DNA from: an uncultured Gammaproteobacteria bacterium
GTDB taxonomy: Bacteria > Pseudomonadota > Gammaproteobacteria > Steroidobacterales > BM003
Assembly: GCA_963783695.1 (NCBI GenBank)
Contig: CAWAOM010000001.1
Coordinates: 289,938-353,937, forward strand
Direction: 5' to 3'
DNA: 64,000 bases
Shown: positions 52,567 to 61,616 of the stretch, piece by piece
Position numbering within the stretch: the stretch's first letter is position 1
Layout: every line of letters starts with the position of its first letter
Position numbers and translations under genes: made by a program
The notes under the pieces: generated by a model
What the model saw: the letters and a program-made list of their open reading frames with translations, nothing else
What the model was told of the DNA's origin: nothing
Databases searched by the model: none

Positions 52567-53100
52567 GTATGGCGGAGAGGGAAGGCCTGGTGAGAACCCT
52601 GAGGTTCGACAAGCCGGGGCGCAGCGCCGGCGCAGGACGCCGCAGCGAAGCGGAGGCGCCCCGCAGGGGTGAGGCTGCAAGGCAGACGAATCTATCCCTC
52701 CTGCCAACCGACGAGTTAAAGAACCCGCGAAAGCGGGTTTTTTTGTATGGCGGAGAGGGAAGGCCTGGTGAGAACCCTGAGGTTCGACAAGCCGGGGCGC
52801 AGCGCCGGCGCAGGACGCCGCAGCGAAGCGGAGGCGCCCCGCAGGGGTGAGGCTGCAAGGCAGACGAATCTATCCCTCCTGCCAACCGACGAGTTAAAGA
52901 ACCCGCGAAAGCGGGTTTTTTTGTATGGCGGAGAGGGAAGGCCTGGTGAGAACCCTGAGGTTCGACAAGCCGGGGCGCAGCGCCGGCGCAGGACGCCGCA
53001 GCGAAGCGGAGGCGCCCCGCAGGGGTGAGGCTGCAAGGCAGACGAATCTATCCCTCCTGCCAACCGACGAGTTAAAGAACCCGCGAAAGCGGGTTTTTTA
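52567..53100. repeat. Three tandem copies of a 178-bp GC-rich structured unit (52567-52744, 52745-52922, 52923-53100)
   Basis: Aligned by eye. Copies 1 and 2 are identical; copy 3 differs only at its last base (53100). Each copy ends in the tRNA-Ser terminator hairpin. Confidence 0.97.
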
Positions 53101-53129
53101 GTATGGCGGAGAGGGAAAGCCCGGTGAGA
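53101..53129. repeat. Truncated, slightly diverged fourth copy (first 29 nt of the unit)
   Basis: gtatggcggagagggaaAgccCggtgaga versus the unit's gtatggcggagagggaaGgccTggtgaga. Similarity is lost afterwards. Confidence 0.85.
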
Positions 53130-53170
53130 GGTCCGAGAGACCCCTTGCGGCCCTAACCGCAACTACAACA

Positions 53171-53200
53171 ATAAAAACCCGGCTCATGGCCGGGTTTTCT
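53171..53200 (-). terminator. Intrinsic terminator of pntAB
   Basis: Minus strand reads aaacccggc-catga-gccgggttt followed by TTTTAT, 36 bp after the pntB stop. Confidence 0.8.
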
Positions 53201-53235
53201 GCACAACCTGCAGAGGGCGCGCGAGCGCCGCCTGT

Positions 53236-54630
53236 CTACAGAGCTTTTAGTACCGCGTCGAGGCTGTCCTTGGCATCGCCAAACAACATCCGCGTGTTGT
53301 CCTTATAGAAGAGCGGATTCTCGACGCCGGCGTAACCGGTTGCCATGCTGCGTTTCAGCACGATGGTCGTGCCACCCTTCCAGACCTCCAGCACCGGCAT
53401 GCCGGCGATCGGACTGTCGGGTTCTTCCTGCGCGGAGGGGTTGACGATGTCGTTTGCGCCGATGACCATCGAGACATCGACGTCCGGGAAGTCCTCGTTG
53501 ATCTCGTCCATTTCATAGACGATGTCGTAGGGCACCTTGGCCTCGGCCAGCAACACGTTCATATGGCCGGGCATGCGGCCCGCGACCGGATGAATACCGA
53601 AGCGCACGTTGACGTCCTTCGCGCGCAGCGCTTTCGTGATTTCGAAAACCGTATGCTGTGCCTGCGCCACCGCCATGCCGTATCCCGGCACGATCATGAC
53701 TTCCTTCGCGTTCGTCAGCAGCTCGGCCGTTTCCTCGGCCTGGACAGGCACGATCTCGCCTTCGATTTCGCCACCACTTGCCGCCGTGCCGCCGCCGGTG
53801 CCGAAACCGCCGGCAATGACCGCGAAGAACTTTCGGTTCATCGCGCGGCACATGATGTAGCTCAGGATCGCGCCGCTCGAGCCGACCAGGGCGCCGGTCA
53901 CGATCAGCAGGTCGTTGCTCAGCATAAAGCCGGTCGCCGACGCCGCCCAGCCCGAGTAGCTGTTCAGCATCGACACGACGACGGGCATGTCGGCACCGCC
54001 GATGGCCATGACCATGTGAACGCCGAAGGCAAGCGCAATCAGCGTCATCAACACGAGCGGCCAGGTGCCACCGCCCAGCGCTGACTGCTGGACGAACTCG
54101 CGGCACAGCCAGATGGCCCCGATCAGCAGGATGAGATTCAGTACGTGCCTTGCTGGCAGCAGCAGCGGCTTGCCGCCGATCCGCCCGGAGAGCTTGCCGA
54201 AGGCGATGATGGAGCCGGAGAACGTGACCGCGCCGATCAGGATGCCGAGATAGGTCTCGATGTCGTGGATCGTCGCTTCCGCGCCGGTCAGCACGAATGA
54301 GTGATCCATGAAGTTCGCGTAGCCAACCAGTACGGCGGCCAGCCCGACCAGGCTATGCAGGATCGCGACGAGTTCGGGCATCTGTGTCATCTGCACGCGT
54401 CGAGCGAGCACAAGGCCGATGCTGCCACCGATCAAAAGCATAATGATCAGCAGCGTGTAATGCTGCGTGACCACCCCGAGGATGGTCGCCACCAGCGCGA
54501 GGGTCATGCCGATAATGCCGTACCAGTTGCCGCGGCGAGCGGTCTCCTGGTTCGACAGGCCGCCAAGCGCGAGGATGAACAGGATGGTCGCGGCGATATA
54601 GGAAGCGGTTACGAGTCCGGCGCTATTCAT
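53236..54630 (-). CDS. pntB: NAD(P) transhydrogenase subunit beta
   Basis: [26 protein letters not shown]... parallels the E. coli PntB N-terminus. C-terminal dIII NADP(H) domain ([10 protein letters not shown]...). Start moved to 54630. Confidence 0.93.
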   Translation of the reverse strand: MNSAGLVTASYIAATILFILALGGLSNQETARRGNWYGIIGMTLALVATILGVVTQHYTLLIIMLLIGGSIGLVLARRVQMTQMPELVAILHSLVGLAAVLVGYANFMDHSFVLTGAEATIHDIETYLGILIGAVTFSGSIIAFGKLSGRIGGKPLLLPARHVLNLILLIGAIWLCREFVQQSALGGGTWPLVLMTLIALAFGVHMVMAIGGADMPVVVSMLNSYSGWAASATGFMLSNDLLIVTGALVGSSGAILSYIMCRAMNRKFFAVIAGGFGTGGGTAASGGEIEGEIVPVQAEETAELLTNAKEVMIVPGYGMAVAQAQHTVFEITKALRAKDVNVRFGIHPVAGRMPGHMNVLLAEAKVPYDIVYEMDEINEDFPDVDVSMVIGANDIVNPSAQEEPDSPIAGMPVLEVWKGGTTIVLKRSMATGYAGVENPLFYKDNTRMLFGDAKDSLDAVLKAL

Positions 54631-54637
54631 GTTGACC

Positions 54638-56176
54638 TCACTTCCTGAACATTTCGAGCATACGTCGCGTGACGGCAAACCCGCCGGCGATGTTGATGCT
54701 CGTAATCAAAATCGTGAAAGCGGCGATCAGCATGATCAGGATGCTGTCGGAACTGATCTGCAGCAGGGCCCCGATCACGATGATGCTGGAGATCGCATTC
54801 GTTACGCTCATCAGCGGCGTGTGCAATGCGGGCGTCACGTTCCAGATGACCATGTAGCCGACGAAACAGGCCAGCACGAAGACCGTGAAATGCGCCATAA
54901 ACGACGCCGGCGCGACGGCCCCTACGCCGAACAACGCAAGGCCGCCAATCGCCATCGCGATAAGCGGTCCGGCGACCGACTTCTTCTGATCTTCCGCTGG
55001 GGTGGCGGGAGCCGGGGGCGGCTTGGCTACTTTCGGCGCTGCCGAGAGTTTCGGCGCCGGGGGCGGCCACGTGGTCTCCCCGCCGATGCAGATCGTTGCG
55101 CCGCGGATCGCCTCGTCCTCCATGTCGACGACCAGTTCGCCGTTTTTCTCGGGGGTCATGTCGGTCAAAAGGTGACGCAGATTGGTGCCGTAGAGCTGGC
55201 TCGACTGCGCGGCCAGCCGGCTTGGCAGGTCGGTGTAGCCGATCAGCGTTACCCCGTGTTTCACGACGACCTGACCGGGTTCGGTCAGTTCGCAGTTGCC
55301 GCCCTGCTCGGCGGCGAGGTCGACGATTACGCTGCCGTCCTTCATCGACTCGACCATTTCGGCAGTGATCAGGCGCGGCGCCGGTTTGCCCGGAATCAGC
55401 GCAGTCGTGATGATGATATCGACATCCCTGGCCTGTTCGGCGAACAGGGCCATTTCGGCCTCGATGAACTCTTTGCTCATGACCTTGGCATAACCGCCTT
55501 CGCCCGAACCGTCCTCGTCCGCGAAGTCGAGCATCAGGAACTCGGCGTCCATGCTTTCGACCTGTTCCTTCACTTCGGGGCGCGTATCGAAAGACCGGAC
55601 GACGGCGCCCATGCTCTTGGCCGCGCCGATCGCTGCAAGCCCCGCCACGCCGGCGCCGATGACCAGGACCTTGGCCGGCGGAATCTTGCCCGCGGCGGTA
55701 ATCTGGCCGGTGAAGAAGCGGCCAAAGTGCTGGGCGGCCTCGACAACGGCGCGGTAGCCGGCGATGTTCCCCATGGAGCTCAGCGCATCCATTTTCTGCG
55801 CCCGCGAAATGCGCGGTACGCTGTCCATGGCCAGCGCCGTAACGCCGCGCTCGGTCAGCGTCTGCAGGAGATCGGGATTCTGGGCGGGCCAGACGAAGCT
55901 GATCAGTGTTTGCCCCGGGCGCAGCATGCCGAGTTCATCGCCTTCTGGCGCCCGCACCTTGAGCACGATATCGCAGAGATCATAAATCTCGCGCGCGGAG
56001 GCGGCGATGTCGCAGCCCGCGGACCGATAGGCGTCATCAGAGAAGCTGGCATGGGTTCCCGCACCGCCCTGAACCACCACACCGTAGCCGAGTTTGATGA
56101 GCTGGGTCGCGACTTCGGGGGTCGTCGCAACTCGTCGTTCGCCCGGATGAGATTCGAGTGGAACACCGATCTTCAT
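54638..56176 (-). CDS. pntA: NAD(P) transhydrogenase subunit alpha (fused dI plus membrane part)
   Basis: [21 protein letters not shown]..., NAD-binding [23 protein letters not shown]-terminal TM helices. 7-nt gap to pntB. Confidence 0.93.
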   Translation of the reverse strand: MKIGVPLESHPGERRVATTPEVATQLIKLGYGVVVQGGAGTHASFSDDAYRSAGCDIAASAREIYDLCDIVLKVRAPEGDELGMLRPGQTLISFVWPAQNPDLLQTLTERGVTALAMDSVPRISRAQKMDALSSMGNIAGYRAVVEAAQHFGRFFTGQITAAGKIPPAKVLVIGAGVAGLAAIGAAKSMGAVVRSFDTRPEVKEQVESMDAEFLMLDFADEDGSGEGGYAKVMSKEFIEAEMALFAEQARDVDIIITTALIPGKPAPRLITAEMVESMKDGSVIVDLAAEQGGNCELTEPGQVVVKHGVTLIGYTDLPSRLAAQSSQLYGTNLRHLLTDMTPEKNGELVVDMEDEAIRGATICIGGETTWPPPAPKLSAAPKVAKPPPAPATPAEDQKKSVAGPLIAMAIGGLALFGVGAVAPASFMAHFTVFVLACFVGYMVIWNVTPALHTPLMSVTNAISSIIVIGALLQISSDSILIMLIAAFTILITSINIAGGFAVTRRMLEMFRK

Positions 56177-56716
56177 GGACTATCCTCCGCTAGACTAGGC
56201 GCGATTATCCTCAACGCGGCGCGCGATAGCCAGCGGATTGGCTATCAAACGTTTTTATCCTCGAGGCAGCGCTTGCTTTTCTACGTTCCGGCTTGCGATG
56301 GCAACCCGGTCTGATTCGCAGGATCGATGGGATACAGGACGGATCGGTGTGACTTGCCGGACTCGGGCGCGGGCAGGCGATCCGCACGGCCCGATCGCCG
56401 TGCCGTGCTCCTTGGCCCCTGCCACCGTCCGCCATGCCACTGTGGCCCTGTGGCAACACCGGCGCGGGCTGATGGCGCCTTTTTCTGTTCCCCGCTTCAC
56501 TCCCGCGCGGCGCTGTGCGCATGTCAGCGTGTGGTTTTTGCTTCGGTCGGGGTTGGGGAGGATGTGCGTGCTTCGGGCTCGAGAAGTTTGCAGTGGCGCG
56601 GCCTCCCGGGGCAGATCAACGGGTTGCCGGGGCGCGCAGTCGTCGTTTCTGGCTATAGTTAGGTTTGAGCAAAATCAGAATAAACCAGGCCTGCAGTCAA
56701 ACAGGAGGAGCTGCCG

Positions 56717-57232
56717 ATGGCGCTACCACGAAAGCACCGCTTGATCGCTTTGATGCTCGGCTGCCTGCTCTCGCTCACCTCGCTGGCACGGGAGCCAGTG
56801 CGGGTCGTCATTGAATCGAGGATTCTCGAACCTGACCCGCAAGCGGGAGTGAAAGTACGGCATTTGCTCGAGGTCGATTTTGATCGGCAGAACATTGAGG
56901 ATTTCTATGAAACCGGGACAACGGATTTTTTTGGTGTCGATCTGGATAGTGTTCGTGACAATTTCACGGTCCTGAAGATCCACTTTAGCGGCGATGTCGC
57001 CTGGTTTGAGGTCAGGGGCGAAACTGCATCCGGTGTCGCGGTTTTGCCGAATGTAAATTACCGGTTAAATTTCGAGGTTGCCCGGTCGGGCGAAGCGAAA
57101 ATATCGGGGTGCCATGACGGATATCCGGCCTATCGGATTGTTGTCGACGGCGTGGAGCAATATGCTTACCAACACCAGCCTCTGGACCTGCTGTCGTTGT
57201 TTGGTGAATGCGATATCGTAATGCAGGACTAG
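56717..57232 (+). CDS. Hypothetical secreted protein (171 aa)
   Basis: SD AGGAGGAG 6 nt upstream. Signal-peptide-like N-terminus MALPRKHRLIALMLGCLLSLTSLA. No family recognised with confidence. Confidence 0.6.
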   Translation: MALPRKHRLIALMLGCLLSLTSLAREPVRVVIESRILEPDPQAGVKVRHLLEVDFDRQNIEDFYETGTTDFFGVDLDSVRDNFTVLKIHFSGDVAWFEVRGETASGVAVLPNVNYRLNFEVARSGEAKISGCHDGYPAYRIVVDGVEQYAYQHQPLDLLSLFGECDIVMQD

Positions 57233-57550
57233 TTTTCTGCCGGCTTGCAGCGGCGGCCGGCAAGTGGGCCGGCAAGTGGGCCGGCATTGCGGATATCGGA
57301 TATTTCGATTTGCAATTCGATCTAACGTTCGGCTTCGAGGACTCGAAAGGCGCGGCACCGCACGATGCCCCGGATCGCAGGAAGCATCCAATGGTTGCGG
57401 CTGCGCGAGCATTGACGCAGCCACGCCGTAACCTGCCATGGCTGTATGGAGGCTCGGCAGGGTCAGGTTCAGGCGCCGGTTGACGGCAGAGCCAGTGTCC
57501 AGCCGTAAATAAGACATTCCGCTTAGCCACAAGCATGGAGAGAGTCATCG

Positions 57551-58018
57551 ATGACAAAACTGAATATTAATGGCAAGCCCGTCGATATCGAGATAGACGC
57601 CGCGACACCGTTGCTGTGGGTCCTGCGCGAGCAAATGAGTCTTACCGGCAGCAAGTATGGTTGCGGTATTGGGATTTGCGGGGCGTGCACGGTTCATATC
57701 GATGGCAATGCGGTCCGCTCCTGTCTCGTTCCCGCGGCGTCACTCAACGCTTCGCAAAAGGTAGTGACGATCGAAGGTTTGTCTGCCGACGGCAGTCACC
57801 CGGTCCAGCAGGCGTGGGCGGAACTCGATGTGCCGCAATGCGGTTACTGCCAGCCGGGCATGATCATGGCAACTGCGGCGCTACTTAACACCAATGCCAA
57901 TCCCAGCGATGCCGATATCGATGCGGGTGTCACCAATATCTGCCGCTGCGGCACGTTCAACCGGGTGCGGCGCGGGATTCATCGTGCCGCCGAACTCGGC
58001 AAGCGCGAGAGCACGTGA
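57551..58018 (+). CDS. (2Fe-2S)-binding small subunit of a molybdenum hydroxylase (IorA/aldehyde oxidoreductase type)
   Basis: Two cluster motifs, GCGIGICGACTV and QCGYCQPGMIM...NICRCG. 155 aa. Overlaps the next gene (GTGATG). Confidence 0.88.
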   Translation: MTKLNINGKPVDIEIDAATPLLWVLREQMSLTGSKYGCGIGICGACTVHIDGNAVRSCLVPAASLNASQKVVTIEGLSADGSHPVQQAWAELDVPQCGYCQPGMIMATAALLNTNANPSDADIDAGVTNICRCGTFNRVRRGIHRAAELGKREST

Positions 58019-60210
58019 TGGCAACACAACGCGTTTCGGTATCGCGCCGCGAGTTCCTTATCGGTACGGCTTCCGCCGGTGCCGGCTTGTCGCTCGGTCT
58101 TTATTTGCCACTCGGCATCAATCGGGCGGTTGCTGCCGACACCCCGCAGGGGGCGCCCGAGGTCAATGCGTGGGTGGTTATCGAACCCGATGACACGGTG
58201 GTCATTCGTATCGCTCGTTCTGAGATGGGCCAGGGCACGTTGACCGGCCTTGCGCAGCTGGTTGCCGAGGAGCTCGAATGCGACTGGTCAAAGGTGACGA
58301 CCGAGTACCCCACGCCGGGCGAGAGCCTTGCCCGCGATCGCATCTGGGGCAGTTTTTCCACCGGCGGCAGCCAGGGCATTCGCGGCAGCCATCGCTACAT
58401 GCGCGAGGGCGGTGCGCTGGCGCGGGTCATGCTGATCGCGGCTGCCGCTGACGGGTGGGGTGTTGCGGCGCAGGAATGCAGCGCATCAAACAGTGTCATT
58501 ACACATGGTCCGACCGGTCGCACGACCACCTTCGGCAAGGTGGCGACTGCCGCGTCCGGACTGGTACCGCCGGCCGAGGTGGAGCTAAAAGATCCGGCAC
58601 AATGGAAGCTTGCCGGCAAGCCGGTAAAACGTCTGGATACGCTCGAGAAACTGACCGGTAAACAGGTCTACGGAACCGATCTCCAGCTACCGGGGATGGT
58701 GAATGCAGCGATCAAGGCATGTCCGGTATTCGGCGGCACGCTGGCCAAATACGATGATGCCGATGTGCGTAACATGCCGGGCGTGCGCGCCGTCGTGCGC
58801 GTCGGCGATGACGCGGTTGCGGTCGTGGCAGATACCTGGTGGCAGGCCAATACCGCGCTCGATGCATTGCCCGTGACCTGGGATGAAGGCGAGAACGCGA
58901 GTCTCAGCAGTGCGGCGATTGCAGCGATGCTGGAAGAGGGGCTCACAGCAAATGATGCCTATGTCGGCAACGAGGCAGGCGAGGTGCACACGGCGATAGC
59001 CGATGCAGCACAGACCATCGAGGCCACCTACAGCTATCCGTATCAGAACCACGCGACGATGGAGCCGATGAACGCCACCGCGCTTTGGACAGCCGAGCGC
59101 TGCGAGGTCTGGTGCCCGACGCAGAATGGTGAGGCGGCGCTAGCGGCCGCGGCTGCAGCGGCGGGCTTGGCGCCAGCGCAATGCGAGGTTTACAAGATCC
59201 ACCTCGGCGGAGGCTTTGGCAGGCGCGGGGCATTTCATGATTTCGTGACCCAGGCGGTCACGATTGCGAAACAGCTGCCGGGAACCCCGGTGAAGCTGCT
59301 GTGGACCCGCGAAGAGGATATGTTGCACGGCTTCTATCACCCGATCACTCAGGCGAGACTGACAGGCGGGCTCGATGAACAGGGGAATCTTGTCGGCCTG
59401 CATTTGCGGATTTCCGGGCAATCGATTATGGCCGCAGTCAGGCCTCAATCGCTGACCAATGGCGCGGACATGCTGGTCTTTCAGGGACTGCTGCCGGAGG
59501 GTCCGCACGGCATCAGCTATACCATTCCGAACCTGCTGGTTGACCATGCGATGCGAAACCCGCCAATACCTCCGGGCTTCTGGCGCGGTGTGAATATTAA
59601 TCAGAATGCGATTTACATCGAGTGTTTCATCGACGAACTTGCCCATGCGGCCGGCAAGGATCCACTCGAATTCAGGCGTCAGTTGATGGCGAATCATCCG
59701 CACAGTCTCGCTGTGTTGAACGCGGTCGCGGAGAAGGTCGAATGGGACAAGCCCGCGGCTGCAGGCCGGCATCGCGGACTTGCGGTGTGCAAGGCCTTCG
59801 ACAGTTACGTCGCCGCGTGCGCGGAGGTGTCGGTCGACGGTGGCAGCGGGAAGCTGAAAGTGCATCGCATCGTGGCTGCAACGGACCCGGGTCATGCGGT
59901 CAACCCGCAGCAAATCGAAGCCCAGGTCGAAGGGTCGTTCGTCTATGGCCTGTCCGCGCTGCTGTATGGTGAGTGCACGATCGACGGTGGTCGCGTGGAG
60001 CAGGACAATTTTGATTCCTACCGTTCCATGCGCATGGCCGAGATGCCCGCGGTCGAGACCATCGTTATGCCATCCGGCGGCTTCTGGGGAGGTGTTGGCG
60101 AGCCGACCATCGCGGTCGCTGCGCCGGCGGTGTTGAACGCGATATTTGCGGCGACCGGCAAGCGTGTTCGCCAGGTTCCATTGAAAGATGTCGACCTCAG
60201 GGATGTCTGA
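58015..60210 (+). CDS. Molybdopterin-binding large subunit of a molybdenum hydroxylase (IorB/xanthine dehydrogenase family), Tat-exported
   Basis: Twin-arginine signal VSRREFLIGTASAGAGLSL. 731 aa. Conserved ...GGGFGRRG... and ...FWRGV... regions. Confidence 0.85.
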   Translation: MMATQRVSVSRREFLIGTASAGAGLSLGLYLPLGINRAVAADTPQGAPEVNAWVVIEPDDTVVIRIARSEMGQGTLTGLAQLVAEELECDWSKVTTEYPTPGESLARDRIWGSFSTGGSQGIRGSHRYMREGGALARVMLIAAAADGWGVAAQECSASNSVITHGPTGRTTTFGKVATAASGLVPPAEVELKDPAQWKLAGKPVKRLDTLEKLTGKQVYGTDLQLPGMVNAAIKACPVFGGTLAKYDDADVRNMPGVRAVVRVGDDAVAVVADTWWQANTALDALPVTWDEGENASLSSAAIAAMLEEGLTANDAYVGNEAGEVHTAIADAAQTIEATYSYPYQNHATMEPMNATALWTAERCEVWCPTQNGEAALAAAAAAAGLAPAQCEVYKIHLGGGFGRRGAFHDFVTQAVTIAKQLPGTPVKLLWTREEDMLHGFYHPITQARLTGGLDEQGNLVGLHLRISGQSIMAAVRPQSLTNGADMLVFQGLLPEGPHGISYTIPNLLVDHAMRNPPIPPGFWRGVNINQNAIYIECFIDELAHAAGKDPLEFRRQLMANHPHSLAVLNAVAEKVEWDKPAAAGRHRGLAVCKAFDSYVAACAEVSVDGGSGKLKVHRIVAATDPGHAVNPQQIEAQVEGSFVYGLSALLYGECTIDGGRVEQDNFDSYRSMRMAEMPAVETIVMPSGGFWGGVGEPTIAVAAPAVLNAIFAATGKRVRQVPLKDVDLRDV

Positions 60211-60427
60211 GTCAGGCTGAGATGCAGCGAACGGCCGATTTGGAGTCCGGCACTGGCACGCCGGTTGGGCTGGTGTCGCGAGAATTGGGCAGTCGGTGTG
60301 CCGGGCTGAACCACGTGCGTGCGGGTTGTCGGCGACAACGCGCATTGCGCGATCTGGCAGCGACGCGCGAGGTCGTCTACATTTGCATCGGGCAGACCTG
60401 AACCGCGGGTCATCGGGAGAGTATGTC

Positions 60428-61414
60428 TTGAGCACTGGACTGATTGCGCTTCTCGACGACGTCGTGGGTATTGCCAAGGTGGCCGCCGCGTCTCTGGATG
60501 ATGTGGCCGGGCAGGCGGCCAAGGCCGGGGCCAAATCAGCCGGAGTCGTGATCGATGATGCCGCGGTGACGCCGCGATATGTGGTTGGGTTTGCGGCGGC
60601 CCGCGAGCTGCCCATCATTGCCAAAATTGCGAAAGGTTCGCTAAAAAACAAATTGCTGTTTTTGCTGCCCGCAGCATTGATCCTCAGCGCTTTTGCGCCA
60701 TGGGCCATTACGCCTTTTCTGATGATGGGAGCGTTGTTTCTGTGTTACGAGGGTGCGGAAAAGGTCTACGAGGCGTTGTTCCCGCACAAGGCGCATGCGC
60801 ATGAGGCTGCCGTCACGAATGCTCCGGTCGATCCCAAGACGCTGGAGGATCAGAAAGTCGCGAGCGCAATCAAGACAGACTTCATTCTCTCTGCCGAAAT
60901 CATGACCATTGCACTGGCGGCGGTGCCCGGTACTACACTTTTCACCCAGGCCGCCGTGCTGGCGATAGTCGGCATCGGCATTACATTGGTGGTCTATGGG
61001 GCTGTCGCGCTGATAGTGAAAGCCGACGACGTTGGTGTCGCGCTTGCGGCCAATGGCATGGAATCTCCGTTCGGCGCGGCGATTCGTGGTTTTGGACGCG
61101 GACTGGTCAGGTTCATGCCGGTTTTTTTAAAGACGCTTGCCATTGTCGGCACGGCCGCGATGGTCTGGGTGGGCGGCGGAATCCTGGTCCATTCGTTGGC
61201 AGGTTATGGCCTGACCGGGATCGAGCACCTGATACACGATATTGCGGTAGCGGCGAGTTCGGCGGTGCCATCCACGATCGCAGCAGCGACCGAGTGGATC
61301 GTGACCGCCGCGGGTTCGGGCGTCGTCGGGCTGGCGGTCGGTGCGGTCGTGATTCCGATCGTCGGAGTGGTCATTGCGCCTGCCTGGAACGGGCTGAAGG
61401 CGCTCCGCAATTAA
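60428..61414 (+). CDS. DUF808 (YedI-like) inner-membrane protein
   Basis: N-terminus LSTGLIALLDDVVGIAKVAAASLDDVAGQAAKAGAKSAGVVIDDAAVTPRYV is the DUF808 signature as I recall it. TTG start at 60428 with GGGAGAG 6 nt upstream; the ORF-track start at 60296 is rejected. Confidence 0.75.
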   Translation: MSTGLIALLDDVVGIAKVAAASLDDVAGQAAKAGAKSAGVVIDDAAVTPRYVVGFAAARELPIIAKIAKGSLKNKLLFLLPAALILSAFAPWAITPFLMMGALFLCYEGAEKVYEALFPHKAHAHEAAVTNAPVDPKTLEDQKVASAIKTDFILSAEIMTIALAAVPGTTLFTQAAVLAIVGIGITLVVYGAVALIVKADDVGVALAANGMESPFGAAIRGFGRGLVRFMPVFLKTLAIVGTAAMVWVGGGILVHSLAGYGLTGIEHLIHDIAVAASSAVPSTIAAATEWIVTAAGSGVVGLAVGAVVIPIVGVVIAPAWNGLKALRN

Positions 61415-61616
61415 CCGGTATTTTTTTCGCCGGCGGCGCTGGCAAACTTGCATTGCCGTCCAGGCTGGACAGCAATGGACTGTCTCGCTTACTGATTCGC
61501 CGCCACAGCGGCGGCTCAATTTCGCATGGAGGGCACTGCGGGTTGTCCGGTGATCGTTGTCCGGAACAGGTAAACTGCAGCAGCACGCGATCCAGTCACA
61601 AGCAAAAGTCAACGTC

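Noticed and set aside
52574-52706. Each repeat unit as a bona fide (intron-containing or oversized) tRNA or tmRNA-like gene
   Set aside because: The unit starts with GGAGAGG like tRNA-Ser and ends in GCCA. However, I could not build a D-arm, a 7-nt anticodon loop or a T-arm with paired stems. At about 133 nt with GC-rich irregular hairpins, it does not fit a cloverleaf.
52567-53100. Possible CRISPR array
   Set aside because: The repeats are 178 bp and directly abutting with no unique spacers. No cas genes are in the window.
52426-53162. ORFs of 93-148 aa on both strands across the tRNA-Ser/repeat region (for example [21 protein letters not shown]..., duplicated in the track)
   Set aside because: They are generated by the 178-bp repeat. 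The period is not a multiple of 3, the ORFs run straight through terminator hairpins and even through the tRNA gene, they lack ribosome-binding sites, and their composition is Arg/Gly/Pro-rich GC noise.
52445-53235. Genomic island or prophage integrated at tRNA-Ser
   Set aside because: Only about 700 bp separate the tRNA from pntB. No integrase, excisionase or cargo genes are present. Only short tRNA-end-like relics remain (reported as a finding).
54629-56314. 561-aa plus-strand ORF antisense to pntA
   Set aside because: It is an Arg/Gly/Asp-rich shadow ORF opposite a gene with unmistakable PntA motifs. This is typical of high-GC genomes.
57256-57290. Short direct repeat ggccggcaagtg x2.5 downstream of the secreted hypothetical gene
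   Set aside because: It has only about 2.5 copies of 12 bp, is partly palindromic GC-rich sequence with no T-run, and is too small to interpret. It is probably a slippage product or a weak hairpin.
59140-60708. 522-aa minus-strand ORF overlapping the molybdopterin subunit and the DUF808 start
   Set aside because: It is an antisense shadow ORF with Arg-rich composition and spans two well-supported plus-strand genes.
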